Positions 12,489 to 21,836 of a stretch of 64,000 bases of DNA are shown in pieces (within the stretch, counting starts at the first letter, position 1; every line of letters begins with the position of its first letter). The notes beneath the pieces are model-generated. The model had not been told where the DNA came from, ran no database searches, and saw only the letters and a program-made list of their open reading frames with translations. The stretch spans positions 3,448,436 through 3,512,435 of the forward strand of contig SMSO01000031.1 of the NCBI GenBank assembly GCA_004764695.1, given 5' to 3'. A program made the translations under genes and the position numbers. The stretch comes from Schizochytrium sp. TIO01 (Eukaryota > Protista > Bigyra: Labyrinthulomycetes).

Positions 12489-13928
12489 ATGTCGCAAGAG
12501 GTCTCTAGTGACGCAGCTGCTTTGGCAGAAGCGTTAGCAGCTGCTGCGGACAGTAGTGAATATGGCGATGGCGATTCCATGAGCGCCCTGATGAACAGCG
12601 CTTCATGTGCCATAGCATGTCTCGAAGCTCCGACAGGACTCCAAGCAGGCGTAGATATAAAGTCCTTCACTGTTGGCAGATCATTCATGGGTATCAGAGG
12701 AATTCCACCTGGTATTCGCATGTTTCATTATCGTCAAAAAGGCTCAGAAGGACCTTCGCGAGCAGTTTTTGTAAAGCTGGGAAACGCTTCGCAACTTGGT
12801 GAAGGTGCTCTCAGGGTAAAGGCTTTGAGGTGGAGGCCAGAACTGGAGGACTTTGTTGAAGTTGATGAGGAAGATAATGCTCGCGTTGAGGCTGCCGTAC
12901 TCCGTCATGAGCTCGATGCTAATCTAGGTCCATATGATCAAGAGCATTTTGCAAGGTGGCAGGTCCTAACAAACTACTGGGATGACCAAGTTCTCGCAAG
13001 AGTCGGTATTCGGTTTGGAGCTATTGTGTTGAATGCAATCCCTGATGACGTCTCTAAGTTTTCAGCTGAAGAATCTTTGGCATATTGTGCTCCACAATTT
13101 ACTGTCCTGCCGGACCTCGCAAGAGTGAGCAAAAATCTCCGGTCTATGGAGACTGATTCAACTAGCAGAGGCACAGAATTTTTCAAAAGCTCCAAGGGCA
13201 TTTGGCTTACACCAGCCGAAATCACTGCACTCCAACTGGACCCTTCCCGACTGATTCTGCGTTTGCTTGAGCTCAGCTACGAAAATCACTTCACTCAATT
13301 CATGGGTGAGATCCAGCTTGCCTTTATTTGCTTTGTCTATCTCTCAAGTCTTCAGGGTCTCGAGTTTTGGAAAACTGCGATCCACATGGTATCCTCAAGT
13401 ACAGCCCTGAAAAGCACTCATTCGAAATCTATTTCTGACTTCTGCGATCTCATGGCAAATCAACTTTTTCTTCTTCCAAAGGATCTTTTTCAGAACGAGT
13501 TACTCATCGACAATTTCCTTTGTAGGGCGTTGTCATCTCTGATACAAATAGATGAGGCACCAGTAGCTCTGAAGCCAGCTGTAAATGGGCTTCGAAATGC
13601 CTTGAAAAAACAGTACGGTGCCTCTTTGTTAAACCGTCTTGACACTTTCGCCGACGACGAGGAGCGTGCATTTGATGCAGCTGCTCTTCAGTCTGCTCTA
13701 CCACACACCCGACCTTCTACAACGACGCACGAAGATATGATCGAGGGAATCTCGTCCTCCAGACTTGAAGATAGAGACGGGGATGATGAACAGCATGCTA
13801 CAGATACCCATGAAGACCCAATGGATACCTCCTCTACCCCGCCACCGGCGTCTGAATCTTCAATTAATAATATCCGGGGTGGGCGTGCTCCTGTGAAATT
13901 AGAGCGCATGGCTTGGATGCTTCCCTAA
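12489..13928 (+). CDS. AAR2: AAR2 U5 snRNP assembly/splicing factor
   Basis: FMGIRGIPPG, LDANLGPY, GEIQLAFICFV and DNFL motifs; first ATG at 12489. Confidence 0.9.
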   Translation: MSQEVSSDAAALAEALAAAADSSEYGDGDSMSALMNSASCAIACLEAPTGLQAGVDIKSFTVGRSFMGIRGIPPGIRMFHYRQKGSEGPSRAVFVKLGNASQLGEGALRVKALRWRPELEDFVEVDEEDNARVEAAVLRHELDANLGPYDQEHFARWQVLTNYWDDQVLARVGIRFGAIVLNAIPDDVSKFSAEESLAYCAPQFTVLPDLARVSKNLRSMETDSTSRGTEFFKSSKGIWLTPAEITALQLDPSRLILRLLELSYENHFTQFMGEIQLAFICFVYLSSLQGLEFWKTAIHMVSSSTALKSTHSKSISDFCDLMANQLFLLPKDLFQNELLIDNFLCRALSSLIQIDEAPVALKPAVNGLRNALKKQYGASLLNRLDTFADDEERAFDAAALQSALPHTRPSTTTHEDMIEGISSSRLEDRDGDDEQHATDTHEDPMDTSSTPPPASESSINNIRGGRAPVKLERMAWMLP

Positions 13929-14731
13929 TAAGGCGTTTGACCTTTTGATCATTGATGACATATGTACAAGTACCACATAATACAGAACTGCACTTTGGAA
14001 TTCAACGCCGTTTTCATCTCTTTGAGGTTTCCACTAAACCTAAGCTAGCATAGAGCGATGGTTAGTTTATCCTCACTTCAGAAACGACAGAGCCCTAGTT
14101 TTATACCTACTCTTCAGACCAACCCCGTTTGATATTTTTCTTGCTCAGCCACCCAGATTTAGCATTGCTCATCAAATTCCTTCAAGGTTTACTTTCAGCA
14201 TTTCTACTCAATTAAGACTCCAACTCTTTCTATATCCCGCGAAGCAACTTGAAACCTCAGCAGTTGAAACACTAATAATTATTCCAGCATTCCCCATGTT
14301 CCCTTCTACTCAACTACCGCGAGACGATTAAAAAGAAAAGAAAAAAAGAAATAAGTAATAAAAGTGCCACTGGTATATGGTAATGCAATACGCAATACAG
14401 TTAAAATCCCTGTCTTGTGCGTGCTAGTGCCAGACCTACATCGCTTGCGTTGAACTCACAAGCATTATTGGATTTCTTGGCGGACAGGTCTGTGCCAGCT
14501 TGGTCTTGCGAAGTCGCTTCAGTAGCGGCCTGTGGCTGAGAACAGAGTTGGTGCGGACTAGTCTCGATTGAGTTCTTCTGAGTCCTCGAAACGAGGAACT
14601 GCAACACAACGGAGCGAAAGGACATTGACAGCGGTATCATCAAGCGAAACAAAAGCATAACTTCTGTCTGATCCAGGGGTGTGGAAACTGCGTGCCATTT
14701 AGATTGTATCAAATTATAGAGAAAACACGGG

Positions 14732-15649
14732 ATGGATAATTTGCGTCGCACTCCTAAACGTGCAAGGGTCACGAGCAGGCCGCTCCAGAATGCAAGCAAC
14801 GAAAATATGCAAGAGGAAGGTTTTCAAAGGGCCAACGAAAGTGAAGGTTATGATTGTGCCATTTCAGGTAATCTTAAGCGCAGCAAACTCCCATTCAAAA
14901 GCCGCCGACGCAAACGACGCAGCCTTGGTAGCAATGATGAAGATGAAGATGATGATTTTGATGACGATGAAAACGACGACGCTGAGGAGCTTCTCACATG
15001 TGAATCCATGGCCGAGCTTGAGAAAAAAAGATGTTTGCAGATGCAAGAAGAGGAGCGAGCGCGGCAGGATAAATCTGTGCGAACGCTTCTCAGCAATCTG
15101 CCGACATTTGGAACCTTCACCCGAGTGAACAAAGAAAATGCAATGGAATACAGTAAATCGTATGGCCCCCTGCGGTCGCTTCAACCTACGAGGCGCAACA
15201 CAAGTGGGCGGTGTAAGACAGTCAAGAATGACGATATGAACATCCTTGTTCGTGCACTACGTTTGAAGAAACGAAAAGATCGAGAAGAACGTAAAAGACA
15301 CCGCAGTGAGACAAGCAGTCCGAGCCCATCTGTTTCGCCAAGATCAGCTTCAGCTGACCAACCCCATCAAAGCGCGGATAACCATGATATTGATTACAGT
15401 GGCACTGCCAAGTCTGGAGATGTCGTAGCAGCCAAGCTGCCTTTATCTCGCGGCTCGCCTCGCCGTCATGTTGATGCCAACATCGCAGACAACAGAATTG
15501 GTGATTCTGTAGAGTCTGATAAAACTGTTCAAAATCAAGCCTCATCGCCATCACCATCAGCAGCACCAGCAACCACTCGCGCAGGTGAGAAAGTCGAGAA
15601 TGCAGCTCAAAGTCAAAGGAATTTTGAGAGTGCCAATCAAACCAAGTAG
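14732..15649 (+). CDS. Hypothetical low-complexity, probably nuclear protein (305 aa)
   Basis: ATG-initiated 918-nt ORF with basic clusters (KSRRRKRR, LKKRKDREERKR), an acidic tract and an SP-rich tail; no recognisable domain. Confidence 0.6.
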   Translation: MDNLRRTPKRARVTSRPLQNASNENMQEEGFQRANESEGYDCAISGNLKRSKLPFKSRRRKRRSLGSNDEDEDDDFDDDENDDAEELLTCESMAELEKKRCLQMQEEERARQDKSVRTLLSNLPTFGTFTRVNKENAMEYSKSYGPLRSLQPTRRNTSGRCKTVKNDDMNILVRALRLKKRKDREERKRHRSETSSPSPSVSPRSASADQPHQSADNHDIDYSGTAKSGDVVAAKLPLSRGSPRRHVDANIADNRIGDSVESDKTVQNQASSPSPSAAPATTRAGEKVENAAQSQRNFESANQTK

Positions 15650-16588
15650 TAATCGTAAAAGACATTTTTCCTTTCTCTGTAAAGATGGGGGAACTTCATT
15701 TCTCACAGTGTTTTCAATTATCATATCTCTTGTTTCTTGTTTCGTTCTTGTCATTTCTTTAAGTAGACCTTGCCATATATCATATGTGCTCATCCAAAGC
15801 TTCACTGTAATAGGATGGATAATTGACCTGATTTACGTAGCCTAGCCTTGGTATTTGCCTGACGCTTCCCATCCGGTTGTGGTTGAACATATTTCAGCTG
15901 TCCATATAATATGAGAATCAGTGGAGCTACTGTGGGCAGGCGGGCGTTCAGATATGTAATTTGGACTGCACAATTCTTGTGCAATGGACAAAGTACATAA
16001 CCATGATACTGATTTAAATCAGTAGGTGTGAAAGGCATTCTCAAAGGTCGGTACCTCATTTTACGTATAAAGGCAAGTCGGTGGTTAAAATCTGCTCATG
16101 CTTGGAAAAGATAGCTCAAGCAAAAACAGAATAACTTAGTTTTGCATGGGGTGCTTTTCCTCGCAAATCTGGAGAGCATCGTTAAGAAGTGCATAGACAA
16201 ATACATAGAATCATCTTGCCTTATCTGGTACACAGATCCATACTCATTTTCTTAAGCAAAAAAGCAGAGAGCGGTCCATGAAAATGGGAAATGAGGCAGG
16301 AAAACCTACACTATAAAGTCAATAGAAAGGGCGATGACACAGCCAGGCACAGGCCGAATAGAACCACCATTGAAGACTTCTGATAGTGCTACACAAGTCA
16401 TTGTGGTCAGAGAAAATGTCAATTTGAAGGGGGAGTCAACAAAAGCATACCTATAAGTCGACAAGAAGAAGGTAAATTCCCACCGAAAGGCAGATGGCGC
16501 AGTGTTATTATTGATAGGCATGTGGCCTTCTACGCTGTTCTTGCACAAAAAAAGGGTGGCATTGGTTTGCATGCAAGAAGCAATAAAA

Positions 16589-18175
16589 TTAAGGGCACAT
16601 ATCCCGCGCCTTCATTAGCTGCTTGTACAAGTCAGAACACATATCGGCACGAGGCAGCTTGAATACATACGTTTCAGGTCCCTGGGCCTGGTGATCATCG
16701 ATAACGGACTTGCATGTGAAGCGAATTACCTTTTCAGAGGCGAGCTCAAGAGGCATGTTCTTCCACATAACGGCATTCAACAAAAGCTTCAGAACACCCT
16801 CACGACGCATTACTAAACGCGGAGGGTGCGCAGCGCTGCTGGAGTCCTGAAGCCATTCAGATCCGCGAGGAATATTGATATGCACAGTGCCAGCGCCCAT
16901 TTCCTTGTACACTCGTTTCACAGGCTTTGGAGGTTCTTCGGCGGATTTGTCATTTCCGGACTTATCGGGATCCTCGACGGTGAGACGGTAAAGCTTTGCC
17001 CGAGTTCTGAACATGCACTCCTCTTCTTCTTCTCCTGTGATAACATCTGTAGGCTCTGCGCTGTTTTCCATGGCCTGAGAACCCTCTCCACCGAAGACGG
17101 CGTTTTCATCAGGTTCGTTCTCACTTTCAGTCTTGGCTCTGTTGGTGTTGTTGCTACCACTGTTTTCCATCCCACTATCGCTCTTGTCATCAGCGTTACT
17201 GGAAGCATCGTCATCGTCATCCTTCTTCTTACTGGAGGCAGCTCCAGAGTTACCGCCAAAGATGGACGAAGATCCTTTTTGCGAGGCAAGTTGTCCAAAC
17301 CCGGATGTGCTACCGGCGAAGGTGGCAAATGGCGACGGGCCGCCAGTGCCAGCAGAGGCAAAGGGAGAGGGACCACCAGTACCAGCTGATGCGAACGGAG
17401 ATGGTCCGCTTGAGCTGGCTGACGCAAAGGGAGAAGGACCTCCGGTGCCTGCTGCAGCAAATGGGGATGCAGATTTTCCAGCTAAAGCTGCAAACGGTGA
17501 TGCCTTAAACATATCAAAGCCTTTGTTGGCAGGGGCTGAGATCTTGTCAGTAGATTCAGAGGCCGACTCGCCCTTTTCATTGATCATCTCATCATCTTTG
17601 TCATTTTCGGCTACTTCCTTTTGCTTTGCGTCAGCAACTTCATCTACCTCGACACTATCATCTTCGTTGTTGTTTTCATCATCATTCTTGACCATGTCAT
17701 CTTGGTTTTCGTCTTCCGGTGCAATGCTGCTCTTTTTGGACTTCTCGCCAGCAAGTTCGTTTTCTTCACCTTCCAGACGCTTACGTTTAAGCTGCTGCCC
17801 TGTACTACCATTGCTGCTAGCATCCCCGCCGTCATCACCGGGCTGCTTCTTGTCATCGTCGTTGTCTTCCCCCTCCATGGCATCGTCTCCTTCGCTGCTT
17901 TCAGCCTTTCCCTTATCATCACTGTCATTTTTGTCATCATCCCCATTGTCATCGTCGGCGCTGGGTCCTAGGAGCTCATCCTCCTCGTCCTTAGACACTT
18001 CAACGGCACTGGGGCCAGTTCCAAGGATTGCATCTTCGTCATCATCCTCGGCTTGGATATTGTTGGTGTTGCTGCTCGCCGGAACTTCTTCCGATTCTTC
18101 TTGCTGCTGCTGATTCTTTTCCTCCTCCGTCTTTCCGGACATCGTTACAACTTCTTCAACACCTTCCGTCGCCAT
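16589..18175 (-). CDS. RanBP1-domain protein (RanBP3/Yrb2 or Nup50/Nup2-like)
   Basis: C-terminal RanBD (TGEEEEECMFRTRAKLY, YKEMGAGTVHIN, RLVMRREGVLKLLLN); SPF/FG repeats; LKRKR NLS; acidic N-terminus. Confidence 0.85.
   Translation of the reverse strand: MATEGVEEVVTMSGKTEEEKNQQQQEESEEVPASSNTNNIQAEDDDEDAILGTGPSAVEVSKDEEDELLGPSADDDNGDDDKNDSDDKGKAESSEGDDAMEGEDNDDDKKQPGDDGGDASSNGSTGQQLKRKRLEGEENELAGEKSKKSSIAPEDENQDDMVKNDDENNNEDDSVEVDEVADAKQKEVAENDKDDEMINEKGESASESTDKISAPANKGFDMFKASPFAALAGKSASPFAAAGTGGPSPFASASSSGPSPFASAGTGGPSPFASAGTGGPSPFATFAGSTSGFGQLASQKGSSSIFGGNSGAASSKKKDDDDDASSNADDKSDSGMENSGSNNTNRAKTESENEPDENAVFGGEGSQAMENSAEPTDVITGEEEEECMFRTRAKLYRLTVEDPDKSGNDKSAEEPPKPVKRVYKEMGAGTVHINIPRGSEWLQDSSSAAHPPRLVMRREGVLKLLLNAVMWKNMPLELASEKVIRFTCKSVIDDHQAQGPETYVFKLPRADMCSDLYKQLMKARDMCP
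17318..17507 (-). repeat. Coding tandem repeat, about 33-bp unit (AGTGGPSPFAS-like)
   Basis: Six SPF-containing units; the last four are GPSPF at 11-aa spacing. Confidence 0.85.
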
Positions 18176-19595
18176 TTTTTTTTGGCCACCAAATCAGTCA
18201 CAAGTAGTCACAGTCACAAGCAATTAATCAATCCACTAGTCACAAGCCACACCAATCAGTCGTCAAGCAAGGGTACAAGGTCCGCAAGATTGATCTGATT
18301 TGACTTTAGCCCTCGCAGATTGACGAAAGCTTGAACCTTAAGGCTTCTTTTCTTCCTTCGTTAACAAACTCACCTGTGCGCCAAGGCCTTTTTGGGATGG
18401 CTGCAGAATGAGCAAGGCTTTGGAGTTTCAAGGCTTTTGCGATCTCTCAGACTGATTCACCGAGCTAAAGCACTAAACAATCGTCCAGACCAATGGTCTC
18501 AGGAACAGGCGAGCAAAGGTCCGATCGAAATGGTGCACTTGACGTAGCTACCAAACGCAGCAGAGGTTTGCTTCTAACCTCGATCAAGCAATGAACGAAT
18601 GAGCCAATCCGTGAGTGCACGTTTGCCTAGCCCGCTTACACAGAGAAGATGCAAAGGAGAGCACGAGGTGCTCTTCCTCAGCTCCTAAGAGACGCGCCGT
18701 CGCCACAAGCCCTCCCGCAACCACGCTCGAGCTCCGCTCCACCGCCTCTCTTGCCGCTTCTGCTGCTTGCCGACGAGTATTGATGTATTGATTGAATCAT
18801 TATCTGCCATTTTCAATCAAAAGTTAATGAATTTTACCTTCTTAGCTATCTATCTATCTATCTATCTATTTTGGTATGCATTTCTCTCTGCTACATATTG
18901 CTACCTTAGTAATATGCTCCCATTGAAAAGAGAAATGAAAGAAACGTGTTAGTTAGTTGGTCAGTTAGTTAGTTAGTTACTACGTACCCTTTTGTCTTTC
19001 TTTCCCTTCGAGTTAGTTATTCATAATCTCCCGTGCCTACCGAGTACTACTAGGGCACTGCCATAAGAACGTCACCGGAGCACCAATACCGTACAGTAGA
19101 TTATAGACATCGTACAAGTGTAGTATAGGCTGTATACCCCATAGTAAGCAGCGTATAGTTCACTTACACCACCAGCCAGGCAAAGGAAAAAGCGCCGAGT
19201 CTATCCTGTGAGGGCCTGTATAGGATATACCTTACGGCGGAGGGTAGATTGTAGTACTGTGCATTGCTTATACAATAGGTTGTTAGTATAACCTATTGTG
19301 GAGTAAAGTGGAAAGTATGGAGCGGAAGTGGAGTTTTAAAACTACAAGTGAGTTATGGGTCTGGACTTGAGGAAAAAAAGGTCTATTGGGGTTGGACCAC
19401 TTTGCAGCGAGTGGCCCTTGTGCAGCGACAGCAGAACCACGAGTCCGAGTTGGTCGCGGGCATCGTGGAGCGCAACGTGGATTAGGAGAAAGAATCCGGG
19501 AGATAATTCTTCATTGGCTTGGTCTTGAAGCCTTGTTTTGTGAGACTCCTGTCGAGAACTTGCTGTAGTTTAGCAGGTATATAGTACCAGCCAAG

Positions 19596-20762
19596 ATGCC
19601 CGCCAAGACCACGCGGCCTGCCAAGAAGGCTGGCAAGAAGGTCTCCAAGCCTGTTGTGGAGGAGGTCATTGAGGAATCTGAAATCGTGGAAGAGGAATTG
19701 CCAGAAGATGATGTTGAGGAGAGTGAGTCTGATGCAGAGATGGAGGGCCAAGAAGATGATGAAGACGATGAGGAGGAAGCTGGTCAAAATGGTGTCAGCC
19801 AATTCGAGGACTCCTCTGATGATGGCGAGGATGACGATGAGGACGATGAGGATGACTCCGATGATGAGGAGGTCGAAGGAGAGCCTGGAACTTCAACCTC
19901 CAGACGTGGAGGACTCGCTGTTGCTGCCAACAGCTTCACTGCAGACCTTGGCCATGTAGCTGCTTTTAACACGACACCTCTGGATCCTTCCAAGGTCTCG
20001 AGCAACGCCTACCTTCGCGAGATGGCTTTGCAGAACGTGAACCTGCTCTTCCGCGATCTTATGAACCTCCCTGGAGTTGAAGGTAGCAAGGTTCTCAAGG
20101 AGCTTCCTGCACCTCAATTTAAGCTTCCCCGCCACAAGCCTCTGCCCAAGCCTAAGCCTGAAACCCGTTGGGAGAAGTACGCACGTGATCAAGGCATTGA
20201 GAAGCGTAAGCGTGATCGCATGATTTGGGACGAGGCCAAACAGGAGTGGGCCCCTCGTTGGGGTTACAAGCGTGGAAATGATGACCAGCATGACTGGCTC
20301 ATCGAGGTCAAGGACTCTGAGAACCCCGACACTGACAAGTTCGCCGAGAGACGCAATGCCAAGAAGCTCCGCGTGCTCAAGAACCGCAAAAACTACCTTC
20401 GCAACAGGTCCGAGGCTGGTGACGCTTCAGCTGTTCACGCTGTTGAGAACCTCAACGTCAAGGGCGCTCGTGGAGGTGCCTCTAAGCGCGGCAAGGACAA
20501 GGTCATGAGCCGCCTGCAAACAGCTCAAGTATCTACGGCCTCGCTTGGTCGATTTGATGCAGCCATGGAAGGAGAGCCTACGCGCCAGCTTAAGACCAGC
20601 AAGAAGCGTAAGTTTGATCCCTCCGAGAAGACCAACGATCACGACCGTGACAAGCAGATCCTCTCCAAGCTTCTCGGTAAGCACATTGGAGGCAGCTCTG
20701 AGAAGGCTGCTCCTGCAAGGAAAAAGCCCGCAAAGGGTAAGGCCAAGAAGGCCAAGAAGTAA
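19596..20762 (+). CDS. RRS1: Ribosome biogenesis regulatory protein RRS1
   Basis: DLGHVAAF, LPRHKPLPKPKPETRWEKYA, WAPRWGYK and STASLGRFD motifs. Confidence 0.95.
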   Translation: MPAKTTRPAKKAGKKVSKPVVEEVIEESEIVEEELPEDDVEESESDAEMEGQEDDEDDEEEAGQNGVSQFEDSSDDGEDDDEDDEDDSDDEEVEGEPGTSTSRRGGLAVAANSFTADLGHVAAFNTTPLDPSKVSSNAYLREMALQNVNLLFRDLMNLPGVEGSKVLKELPAPQFKLPRHKPLPKPKPETRWEKYARDQGIEKRKRDRMIWDEAKQEWAPRWGYKRGNDDQHDWLIEVKDSENPDTDKFAERRNAKKLRVLKNRKNYLRNRSEAGDASAVHAVENLNVKGARGGASKRGKDKVMSRLQTAQVSTASLGRFDAAMEGEPTRQLKTSKKRKFDPSEKTNDHDRDKQILSKLLGKHIGGSSEKAAPARKKPAKGKAKKAKK

Positions 20763-21836
20763 AGTCACCGACAGCAAACAAAGCAAACAAGCAAGTTTAT
20801 GTGTCAACGTATTAAAAACCTGCCTTCCTTCTGCGTGAACAACACTCTCCACGCAAACGCGCGAGAACCACCTTGATGCATAAATCAGGGCTTTTAAAAT
20901 GCTCCTCTATGACGACAGTCCAATTGCGATTCTAAGATGCAGCCACAAAACCCTTCCACGGAAGCTGCGAGCTATATATCCAGCAATGGGGATGTAAAGG
21001 CCTGTCGCGAGAAAGGGCTGGAAAGCATTATATTTGATATTGCTAGCAGGCTCTGTATTTTGCGAAGGGGGAATCACCATATACATCTAAAAACGATCTA
21101 TCATCAGCCACCAGCAACATACTTTCACATCTGCTCTATACTCTCTTTTCGTCTGTTTTCTTCTTTTTGAAGGAAGTCAAATAAGACGGGACAAAAGAGA
21201 TCTAGTGCACTAAACACATATAAATGTTATTCTCGTTTACCTTTTTAATAATTTTTCAATGCTTCCCCACGACTGCCTGCAACAGAAAGTTCAGAATTTA
21301 TTTTGAGCAGAGCTAGTAAATTACTTATTGCAAAGACGGCTCTAAGTATATACAACACACTACCCATAACTTGAACTGTACCACGTTTCTGCTCTCTTGA
21401 TCTCACTTTCTACAGATGTCATGCTCTGTGGAACCTAAGCAAACACAAGGATAAGGATGCGATTGCGGAAGTTGCTGCTGATATTTTACTTTTCTTTAAA
21501 GAGGTGTTTCGGCTTTGATTAAAAAGAAGAATGACCGCATTCTGAGGTATCATGAAGGGAAAAAGAAGAGGTCTACTTTTTTCTTCCCATACAGGGTCGC
21601 ATGTAACAGTATGACCGACGTGGGCTTGGGGGTTAGAGGAGGAGGAGGTGAGTGAAGGCTCCCATTCAATAATTCAATGGGTAGCTAAACTAGCGCTAAT
21701 GTTTGGCAAATGGCTTGCTCATAGTCCTAAACTATCGCATGCCCAAGCTAACATCTGTTATGAAGGCAAGTGCTAAAGAATAAAAACACTTTCTACACTA
21801 GCATTCATAATGGTTTTAATACGTAGAAGATATAAT

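Noticed and set aside
18640-18650. ACAGAGAAGAT, a U6-like box
   Set aside because: Not followed by TAGCATGGCCCC; no other U6 features
19115-19126. CAAGTGTAGTAT, matching the U2 snRNA branch-pairing region
   Set aside because: Flanking U2 sequence (GCTAAGAT, CTGTTC) and Sm site are absent
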